Of a stretch of DNA of 64,000 nt, positions 11,894-23,800 are shown one piece after another. The notes beneath the pieces were generated by a model that saw nothing but the letters and a program-made list of their open reading frames with translations, was not told where the DNA came from and did not search any database. The stretch is taken from the NCBI RefSeq assembly GCF_040938485.1, contig NW_027271188.1, forward strand, positions 806,001 to 870,000. The letters are read 5' to 3'. Position numbers and translations under genes: made by a program. Position 1 is the stretch's first letter; every line of letters starts with the position of its first letter. This DNA comes from Diadema antillarum. Taxonomy: Eukaryota.

Positions 11894-14800
11894 ATGGCCG
11901 AGTCCGGCGATTCCACAACAACGGGAGTAATTCCCAACATCAAAATCGATGAAGCCACCATCAGTGAGGACGATAAACAGAAGGCAGAAGCACTTAAGGA
12001 TAAGGCCAACACGTTTTTCAAGGGTAACTAAATTATTTTTGCTCTTAATACTACGTATCACTGAAATGCTGTTAATTGTGCATGTTACTGCCATTCGATT
12101 TCCTAAATCTTGCTAGAGAAAGTGAGGCACGACATACAATTTTAAGCGTGCACGGGACTAGGCGAAATTGCATCATAGCCAGCATCAGCACTTTATCCCG
12201 TCATCTCTAACATTAGTTTAAGTTATAGTTAAGATGGTTATAACGCAGTCAAACATATTAGATCTCTATTGTACGTGGTGATTTTGCTTGGGTTGTAAGA
12301 ATTCGCACTGAAAAAAAAAAAACAAAACTTTCATATTTTCCACAAAAATTTAATCCTGAAAGAAGCTGAAATTTTAGATCCAAACTAGAATTCTTGAATC
12401 TTGTGAATGTGATCATGGTGATACTGATATATTCAGGGATAAATTTACCTGTGAATGTCATGACCAGGCTCCATGATGATCCATCTATCTCCAATTATTG
12501 TATGACTCAAAATTAAATCATTTCTTACTAGGGTATGTCTTGGCATAAACTTGGTTTGTCATCCAAAATCTCATCAGTGATTAGAAGACTAGAACTATTG
12601 ACAGAAAGTTCCTTCTCATGCAATTCCAATGGCTTCTAGCTTGTTCTTGTGACATATTCTGAGTCACACTTGCACTTTGGTGCAAACGTTCATAGTTAAT
12701 TACTTTAAAAAAAAATGTATTTAGTCATCTCCTGCCCAATTTCTCTGTCAAGTATATAGTATACTTTGCTTCACTGCACTGTTGTTTGCTTTCAATGATT
12801 AAAGACCATTTTAAAGTCTAGTATGACTCTATCCCACTGTAGATTTACTATGCATGGCATGTCACAAGCTATGTATTAGTATTATGAAGATCATTCAATC
12901 AAGGTTCTAGTTTTGAGAATTCTACTTCAGTATTTACTAGTGGGATTAAAAAGACAACAACAACAATTCTGTTATATTTTTTGTTATTTATCAGATGATT
13001 GAAGAAGACTGGAGCTTGGTAAATAGCATTTACAAGACTTAAATGTAATTTGTGCTCTGTAAAAACTTTTTATTACCTCCGCCAAGGGAGGAGGTTATGT
13101 TTTCGTTACCGTTGGTTTGTTTGTTCGTTTGTTCGTTTGTAATAGTTTGTCCGTTTGCAAAATAACTAAAAAAATTAGTTAACAGATTGGGATGAAACTT
13201 GCAGGAAAGGTTGAGAATGACACTAGTAACAAACGATTAACATTTGGTAGTGATCCGAGAATTTTTAGGGAATTTATGAAGGATTTTTGATATTTTGGCA
13301 GGTAGGGTCAATGAACTTGGGAGTTCAGGCTGCGCGTATTTAAGATTTGCATGAGCGCACTAAAGTGCGTGCTCTAGTTTCTGCTAGGGCGAGGCGCGTT
13401 GCAGCTGAGGATTTATGACGTAACAAAGGCTTCTATATTGGGAAATCGGGCAGCTTTCGGCACACAATGCTATAAGTACGTATGGGTGGAAATCACTGAT
13501 ATCTCTATGGAAGAACAAGATCAGTGGTGGAAATGAGCTGCATGCTTGGTGGAGGTCTGCGCTCTTAGAGTGCTTCTCTAGTTGTTATTGTGTCTGTATG
13601 TAATTTGTGCTCTGTTAAAACTGTTTATTGTTATTGTATCTGTTCTCATTCCTTTCCTTTTGCAGCACAAGACTTCCAGGAAGCCATTACCTTCTACACA
13701 GAAGCTATTGAGATAAATCCATCTGTAGCAGCTTACTATGGCAACAGAAGCTTTGCTTATCTCAGGACGGAATGTTTTGGCTCTGCCCTTGAGGATGCCA
13801 GTAAAGCTCTGGAGCTGGACAAATCATACATCAAGGTGCTTCAAAGTTCTAGAAACTTCTGGGCCTATCTTTTGTTACTATTATATTTTTCATTTTAAAC
13901 AATTCAGAGAGCATATGTGTAACCTTGTCTATGCATGTTGCAGAACTGCATAGTTGCAGTGGTACAAAAGTGTTATTTAGAGTTCTTCATGTTCTGCAAG
14001 TGCATTAGCCTACCACAGTTTTTATCAAGTTCTGACGTAAGTTCTATTCCACAATGCAAAAAGTTGATTTTTGTCTTGTTTTTTTTTTTTGGGGGGGGGG
14101 GGAAGGGGCTGTTTTTAGATTTTTAAGGATATCCTTTTTAACTAAAATAGCTTGAAGCCTTGCTTCATGTACACCTTCGTAAAAAAAAAAAAATGTCATT
14201 GTTTAGATAACTGACTTAATTTTCATGCTTTAAGAGCTTTACTTGAAACATGTTGCATCTTTTATTCATGTGAAAAAAGTGTGTAGTTCCTTATAAGGGT
14301 TGTAGGTCTCCACATATGTTGAGACCTTTAAAAAGAATGGAGGTATAATAATCTGGCATGACAATTTTACATGGGTTTGTAAATTGACTTTAATACAGGG
14401 CTACTACCGGAGAGCAACAGCCAACATGGCTCTTGGAAAGCTTAAGATAGCACTCAAAGACTACGAAACGGTAAGAATTTTCATTTTGCTTTCAGACATT
14501 TTCCTCTCATCACCACATTTCTGTATGAAGAAAATAAGATATTTTTTTAAACATATGATTTCAAGTAAAATTCAAGTGAGGAACAAGTAGAGTAGAAATA
14601 ACATTTTAATGTGTACCAGTTATTTTGAAATTAAACGGTAATACTCTGTGCATCATGCATGCTTTTATGTGACACACAAATCTCTGAAATATCTATCCAA
14701 CTTGGCATGAATTCTGATAATAGGGGACATTTTTGAACAGTGAAAGAAAAAATCAATTTACCTCATGACTGCTGTTCAAAGAGGTACTAAGGTTACAAAT

Positions 14801-17800
14801 TTTGAAAAAAAAAAGAAGAAGATGAAAATGATTTCTTATAGTAAGTAATAATGTCTTCTTTGGAGTAGTCAATCAGTAGTCTGATACTCTTCCCATGAAA
14901 ATCATTATTTCTTCATTCAAGGAACATTCTGCATTCATTTTACCCTTCTATCTTTCACCTGGAAGGTTGTCAAGTACCGGCCAAATGACAAGGACGCCCG
15001 GACCAAGTATACCGAATGCAACAAGCTTGTAAAGCAGATGGCCTTTGAGAGAGCCATTCGGGTTGATGAGAAGAAATCTATCTTGGACGCAATTAACCTG
15101 GATAACATGAGTGAGTTCATGAAGGTTAACTATACATGCATTTCTGGAAGTGGGTATATCATTGTCAAATGAAATGATAGTGCATTGAACAACATACTTT
15201 GTGCAAGTGACATTGTCAACACATTGAGACAATTTTGCTTTGGTTACATTCTTCATTTTTCAGTGGATAACCCTATTTTGATTTGTAATTTTCGGTATGG
15301 GTGGTAGATAATCAAAACAAACTTGAAGGAAGATCCTTATTTCTCTTTCAGGAAGAGGAACGAAAAGAAATAAAAATAGCAACTATTGAGAATTCAAGCA
15401 GAGATTCCATTCCTCTTGTTTGTTTTTAATTCATAGTTTTGTGATTTATATTGGTTTCTTTATTTTAAATCAAATCAATGTATACCAACTGTTGCAATCA
15501 GCTGTAAGCTGTGTTTCAGGTCTGTATAGTGCAGCACAGTTTATGCAGTTTGTGAAGAAATACTACAATGTATACAAAAATTAAGATATTGTGAATAAGA
15601 TTCTTTTTTAAAAACATAGTGCAAAGTGGTGAAAATTTATAACTGTATTGTATGAGGGGAACAAAAAGAAAATACTAGTATAGCAGTTAAGAGATAAGGT
15701 AAAACTAAATAATCAGATAGGAATGTAAAAGAGGCAGGAGTTAAAAGAATTGTGTCAGGGGACAAAATTTGGTAGACTTTAGGATAGCGGCTTGCAAAAT
15801 AGAAACAAGATTTTCTTCCTGGAAGAAGAATGATTACACAAAGTAGATATGTGTTGGCTAGGCTTGATGTTATTTTCGTATGTTCAAGGACATTAATGGT
15901 ATTGTGTGTCTTCCAGTCATTGAAGATGAGTACACAGGTCCTGCACTGGAGAATGACAAAGTGACAAAAGATTTCATGGTGCAACTGTTGGATCACTTCA
16001 AGAATCAGAAAATACTACACAGGAGATATGCCTACACAGTAAGTCATATAGCAAGTAAATGAACACACATATTTAGTCTTTTATTAGTCTTTTATTCAGT
16101 GTTTTCCTTTTTTCCTTTGCAATATCAAATGCTTTCACTATTCAGATATATTAGTTGTGTCTTTGTTTGTTTGTTTTCAGTAGAGTTCCACCTGTATCTT
16201 ACCTGTACTTCAGGATCTTTGCGATTTTCTGTTTCTGTCTACATGTTTTCTGATTTAGGCCTTTTGGTCACACATGCAAACCATATTTCACCTTCTATTT
16301 TGGATGATGGTCCCTTTTCAGGACAGAAACCATGACATAGAATGAAAAAAAAAAACCCCAAAAACTGACAACTTCCTCAGATGAGGGTGCTTTACAAAAA
16401 TCTGAATAGAAATATTAGGATGAGACTTGATGTCATATCTTTGTACTCAAATTGTAGTGATAGAAATGATGGCAACAAATTGTTATTGTGATAATGATGA
16501 TAAAGATCGTAATAGATGTGGTAGTATTCATTTTATGTTCTCTGTGATATTTGTGCAACATCTCTTGACTCAAATATACAATCAAGATTATTTATTTTCT
16601 CTCACCAGATATTAATGCAAATCCTAGATGTGTTCAAGAAGTTACCATCTCTGTGTGACATCACTGTACCAGAAGGAAGCAAGTTCACGATATGTGGCGA
16701 CATCCATGGCCAGTTCTACGATCTCCTCAATATATTTGAGATCAATGGATTGCCTTCACAAGACAATCCATACGTATCCTTTCTCAAGGTTTGATCAGGA
16801 TATGCATGTGGCTCATAACTGGATGTACTCATAATGAGGTCTTGGATCAAGACTAACTGAATCTAGGCAAGAGTTTTCTTATTGTGACCATTTGCCTACT
16901 GCACTCCAGATATCAATGACAGTATGTTTTGTTTTAATACCATTATACTAGATGTACCAAGTTCTGAAGGTACACAGAAAAAAAGTGGAACTGGAAGTAT
17001 TCCATAACAAGGCTTCAGCATGATTGTAATGTTGATACTAAATAAGCAAGACCTGCATCACCACCAGTGGATTTTGTTTCGACCAATAGTATAGAAAGTT
17101 TAATAGTCATTCTGCTGCAAACATTTCTTAACCCGAAACACACAGCTTTTCAATGGGGACTTTGTCGACAGGGGATCCTTTTCTGTAGAAGTAATTTTCA
17201 CATTATTTGGTTTCAAGCTGCTGTATCCAGATCACTTTCACCTATCAAGAGGTAAGTCACTGACTCTTACTGTGAGAAAAAATACACCCTGCCTAAAGGT
17301 TGCAGATTAACCCATTATAGACTAGTCCCGAGTATACTATGGCAGGTGTCCACGGAAAATGCGTGTTGTAGCAAAATCAGCCCATCCTCAATGGGTTAAT
17401 GAGCCACTTATAGTTATTACAGCATCACCAAAGGAGGCTCTAGAAGAAACACCTGCATATTACAAAGTGAGAGATGAATTAGTGGCAATGATGTGATATC
17501 TGTGAATGTGGCAGAATTTCTTCACGTGGTGAGCTTACTGGAGTTATATCATTCGAACAAAGGTGTCTCTTTCTTTCATCTTATTGTATTTCAAGGTTTT
17601 CTCATTTCGAGACATATACCTGGTTAAATGTACTGGTATTAGTGATTGATTCATATTATGGTGAAAGTATAGGAATGTACAACAATCAAGTACGTCTCTG
17701 CCATTTTCTCGAATTATGGGCATTTTTGCAGTTGGAGACTGATTTGCATGTAAAGTAGTGCATATATGTATGAAAACACATTTGGACGAAAATCCAAGGG

Positions 17801-20800
17801 AAAGGGGAAAAAAAATTAATGCATTCAGATCACATTGAAGCAAATTGCGTAGGAGGAATGGTATGGAACTTTGAAGTTTGTATTTCGTAGGTCTTTTCAT
17901 AACTCCAAGATAAATAGCAAGATGAGACAGCAATCCTATACATGTTTCTAATGGAATTGATTGGTGAAAGCATTTGCTGCTTTTGTCCTAACAATATTAA
18001 TATCGTGCAAGTTTGAGGTCTTGAGTTGATCTAGACTGAAACTGGTGAGAAATATTGTGGGTTAAAGTTTGTGGAAGTTCCAAAAATTTGTTGAAAGAGA
18101 GCTGCTCTGTTTGTTACCGACTTCTTGGATGCAGGAAATCATGAGAGTGATACCATGAACCAGATGTACGGTTTCTATGGTGAAGTTAAGTCAAAGTACA
18201 CGCCCGTGATGGCGGAGCTGTTCACTGAGGTGTACAACTGGCTGCCGCTGGCACAACTCATCAACAACAAAGTCCTGGTGAGAGATTAATTCCCCTGTTC
18301 ATGACTGATTTCTGCCCATACCATGGACATCTTATGTAGCATAGGTGCTGGTGCTGATGATAGGGTCACACACAACCACTGTCTATAGGAAACTGAGTTT
18401 CCCGCGGACACAGAGATGAGTGATGAATAGCAGAATAATATATATATGCAGAATTTAAAAAGTATTGAAATTTCATTTGAACTATTACGAATCTTATACT
18501 ATGCATCTCAGCAGCTTCATGTTCTATTGCTTCACTTTTTTGAATATCATCAAATGAGGCTCCTATCTTATTACAGTTAAACTCGCATAAGTCGATCTTC
18601 TCGGGACTGAGCAAAACACATCGACTTAGGCGATTTTCGACTTGTGCGTAAGTTGAAAAAAATCGACTTAACAACAGTTACACCACACGTACATTATGTA
18701 TAAATGTACATGTATGTTGTCTACTCTGGAGCCGAGAGCTGGAGAGGTGTGCAGCAGCACGGGTCGCCCGGCAGGGCCGCGGCTAACTTTGCATGGACAG
18801 TGCATTAGTATTGGCACAGGTCTGATTACTTTACACCCTTGTTAAACCTTGGGGAAGTGAATATGAACGATATTTGAGCAGTGATTGATTCCAGTTTACC
18901 ATACCGTGGTTTGAAATGCGTGTAGAGGTGTAATTCTGATTTACCCGTGCCCGTAACTGCCCCCCTACCCTCCGCTTTGAAAACTCTGCAGCTTCGTCCA
19001 TCCACTGCACAGCGCAGACTGCATTAAACATATACAGACTATACACAGCCCAGTCACTGCGCTGTACGCACAACTACAGTTTACACAGCCCAGTCGCTGT
19101 ACGTACGTAGTGCTAGCACGACAGGGCTGTACCAGCGGACCTCCAAACACGAAGAGAGTTCAACAATCGCATGCGATCGCTTTGAATTTTGATACTTTAG
19201 ATCATTTTTTGTCACCTGTCTGGTCGGGCTAGTTCTTATGTAAACAAAAACTGAGTCTCTTGATTTTGACAGTGATTTATTGCACAATAAAATCTTATTC
19301 GACTTAGGCACAGTGAATTTAATGGTTTTTCCGTGAAAGTGTTCTTGGAATTTCATTGACTTAGGCGAGTATTCGACTTTAAAAATTCGACTTGTGAGTG
19401 AATTAATACACGTAACTCAATGGGGAAAAATCAGGACTTTTTAAAATCATCGACTTGCGCGATTATTCGACGTATGCGATGTCGACTTAGGCGAGTTTAA
19501 CTGTATTATTATTATTTTATTTTATTTTTTTAGCATGAAAGTGCAACATTTCAGTGACTAATCTTGACAATGTTGCTGGATCTTGAAAACAGACCCCTGC
19601 ATAGACTTGTAAAGAGGAAATAAATGCATAGTGCTGTAACAAAAATAAACATACAACTCAAGCTGTAATGCAGCATTTACTAGTAGGTGAGTTCTATTTC
19701 ATGAGTACTTTCAAATAAACACATGGTGGGCATTTTGTGGAGCAGTTGCTTAAATGCAGTGTCCTATTTCATTTGTTTGTTTGTTTGGTTTTTTTTGGGG
19801 GGTAGAGTAGATTGAGGAGGGAGATACCCTTGAAAATTTTAGCATGACAATTTCATCCTCAGTTTAAATCAGAAGTTAATGATTTGTATTACATTCCATA
19901 ATACATTGTATTTGGTTGCAGGTTATGCATGGTGGATTATTCAGCCAGGATGATGTCACATTAGATGACCTTCGAGCCATCAAGCGGAATATGCAGCCCC
20001 CAGAATCAGGTAAAACACCTTACGCAGCAAAATGTGTCTTTTTTAGGCATGCTTGTTACGTTGTGTCTGAGCATTTTAATCATTATCAGTACCCACCTAG
20101 GTCATTTGAGACCTCATTGATGCTGTGTTTATGGATTGCAGGAGTCACTCCGAGAGTAGGATATGTTATTTGACCCTTCTTTGCAACGACTCCTTGCCCA
20201 GAACTGTCACAAATCATCACAAGCATTTTGTCCCCATTCTGAAAGAGAGTCACAAATGCATATATACAGGGCTCCACACTAACTTTTATTTTTGATGGCC
20301 CGATCGGGCCACCAAAATCATTGATTTTTATTTTCTGGTGGCCCGAAAGTAAAATCTGGTGGCCCGAAAAGAAAATCAAGAAAAACATAAGAAAAACTAA
20401 ATCGGTCCTACTAAACATAGAAAAATAAATATTAAGTATTACTGTAGTGATACAGGTATCCATGTCTAAAATAAATGAATAGAAAATTCAATCGGCTTAC
20501 CGTTATTCTGAGTTCTAAGATTTAGCAAATAGGCTTATAGATTGTTATAAAAGTTGATGCCTATGGTGGTCAAAACTTCCGTTTGAAATGAGAAAGTGGG
20601 AGCATTTGCAGACATTTGTAAACATCCGACATTTGTTTTAGCATTGTAAAGAGCCGAAAGTAACCGTTATTCATTTCTGATTATAAAAGCAATCATCCAA
20701 CATTTACTAGTATTTTAACACCTTACGGAGTGTAATGTTACCGTTAATCATTTTCAAATGTAAAAGCAAACAACCGACATTCATTTTAGCATCTTACGGA

Positions 20801-23800
20801 GCTGAATGTTATCCTTATTCATTTCCGAACGTGAAAGCAAACATCCGTTATCTATGTTAGCATCTAACAGATCCGATTGATACTGTTAATCATTTCCAAA
20901 TGTAAAGCAACAATCTGTTATTTATTTTAGCATCATATGGAGCAGAATATTACCGTTATTCATTTCCAACTGTAAAAGCAAACATCCGACATTTATTTCA
21001 TTATCGTACGGGGTACAGAGCCGAATGTTACTGCTGTTCACTTCCGAAAGTGAAATGAATCATCTGACAAATATTTTAGCATCATACGGAGCCGAATGTT
21101 AATGTTTTTCATTTTTGAACGTCTTTTGAACAAGGCAGCCATCAGACATTTACTTTACCATCAAATGCAACTGAATGTTACTGTTATTATTTATTTCAAA
21201 ATGTAATAGCAAATATCCGACAGTTATTGTCCCTGCCGAACGAGTTCGAGCAGGGGACTATGAAACGGGCTCCGTACATGTGTGTGTCTGTGCATCCGTC
21301 CGTGCGTCCGTCCATACGTCCGTGCGTCCGTCCGTGCGTCCGTCCGTGTGTGCGTCCGTGTGTGATCAAAATGTTCAATTTGCTACTTCTCTGTCATTTA
21401 TGAGCCAATTTTGATTCTGTTTGCTTTATATGATAGCACTACATGGGAGCTTTGAAACTTCTACACAGAATTTCAGTTGTGACCTTTGACCTTGACCTTT
21501 GACCTATATTGTACATTTTGCTACAAAATGCTACTCCTTCGCCATTTCTAACCCGATTTTGATTCCGTTTGCTTTATGTGATGGCACTAGGTGAGGGCTT
21601 CAAAAGTTTTACACAGAATTTTGACCTTTGACTTCTTTGACCTTTGACCTTGATTTTTGACCTATATTGTACATTTTGCTACAAAATGCTACTTCTTCGC
21701 CATTTCTAACCCGATTTCGATTCTGTTTGCTTTATATGATGGCACTAGGTGAGGGCTTCAAAACTTCTGCACAGAATTTTGACTTTTGACTTCTTTGACC
21801 TTTGACCTTGATTTTTGACCTATATTGTACATTTTGCTGCAAAATGCTACTCCTTCGCCATTTCTAACCCGATTTCGATTCCGTTTGCTTTATGTGATGG
21901 CACTAGGTGAGGGCTTCAAAACTTCTACACAGAATGTTGACCTTTGACTTCTTTGACCTTTGACCTTGATTTTTGACCTAGCTTGTACATTTTGCTACAA
22001 AATGCTACTCCTTCGCCATTTCTAACCCGATTTCGATTCCGTTTGCTTTATGTGATGGCACTAGGTGAGGGCTTCAAAACTTCTACACAGAATTTTGACT
22101 TTTGACTTCTTTGACCTTTGACCTTGATTGTTGACTTATATTGCACATTTTGCTACAAAATGCTACTTCCGACGGGGACATATATTACGCACCGCGTAAT
22201 TTCTACTTTTCCTTGTTTTAGCATCATATGGAGCAGAATGTTACTGCTATTCACTTCCAAACGTAAAAGCAATCATCTGACATTTATTTTGGCATCTTCC
22301 GGAGCCGAATGTTATTGCTATTTATACTTTTGAAAGTAAAGGCAAACATCCAACATTTATTTAATCATCGAACGGAGTTGAATATTATTGTTATTCATTT
22401 CCGAACGTCCAAGGAATCATTCGACATTTATTTTAGCATCTTCCGTAGCTGAATGTTATTGCTATTTACTTTCGAACGTAAAAGCGAACATCCGGCATTT
22501 ATCTTATCATCGTACGGAGTTGAATATTATTGTTATTCATTTCCGAACGTCAAAGCAAATATCCGACATTCATTTTAGCATCTTCCGGAGCTGAATGTTA
22601 TTGCTATTTACATTCGAACATAAAAGAAAACATCAGACATTTATTTTATCATCGTAGGGCGTTGAATATTATTGTTATTCATTTCCGAAAGTCAAAGGGA
22701 TCATTCGACGTTTATTTTAGCATCTTCCGGAGCTGAATGTTAATGCTATTTACTTTCGAACGTAAAAGCAAACATCCGGCTTTATCATCGTACGGAGTTG
22801 AATACTATTGTTATTCATTTCCGAACGCCAAAGCAAACATTCGACATTTATTTTAGCATCTTCCGGAGCTGAATGTTATTGCTATTTACTTTCGAACTTA
22901 AAAAGCAAACATCCGGCATTTATTTTATCATCGTTTGGGGTTGAATACTATTGTTATTCATTTCCGAACGTCAAAGCAAACATCAAACATTAATTTTACC
23001 ATCGAACGCAGCTGAATGTTACTGTTATTCATTTCGAAATTTCAAAGCAAACATCCGACAGTTATTTTAGCATCGTGCGGAGCAGAATATTTCTGCTATT
23101 CACTTCCGAATGTAAAAGCAATCATCTGACATTTATTTTAGCATCTTCCGGAGCCGAATGTTATTGTTATTTACTTTCGAAAGTACCAGCAAACATCAAA
23201 CATTTATCTAATCATCGAACGGAGTTGGATATTATTGTTATTCATTTCCAAACGTCAAAGGGATCATTCGGCATTTACTTTAGCATCTTTCGGAGCGGAA
23301 TGTTATTACTATGTACTTTCGAACGTAAAAGCAAACATCCGGCATTTATTTTGTCATCGTACGGAGTTGAATATTATTATTATTCATTTCCGAACGTCAA
23401 AGCAAACATTCAACATTTATTTCAGCATCTTCCAGAGCCGAATGTCATCCTTATTCATTTCCGAACGCAAAATCAAATGTCTGACATTAATTCTAGCACC
23501 GTAATACGGAGCTGAATCTTACCGTTATTCATATCCAAAAGTATAAGCAAATATCCGACATTTATTTTAGTATCATACGGAGTCAAATATTACCGTTATT
23601 CATTTCCAAAATTAAAAGCAAACATCTGACCTTTATTTTAGCATCTTATGGAGCCGATTGTTACAGCTGTTCATTTCCAAAAGACCGCTGTTCATTTCCA
23701 AAAGTAAAGGCAAACATCCGACGTTTTGGTGGCCCGATCGGGCCACCAAAATCTTCATTTCTGAAATTTTGGTGGCCCGACATGCGTTTTTGGTGGCCCC

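Noticed and set aside
22118-23515. Recurring MLFIS... ORFs (up to 146 aa) in the ORF track
   Set aside because: They arise from translating the 71/142-bp minisatellite; ORF starts recur at the 142-bp period.
20590-23720. Regular ~71-bp repeats as a CRISPR array
   Set aside because: Units are contiguous degenerate tandem copies with no unique spacers, no cas genes, and a eukaryotic intronic context.
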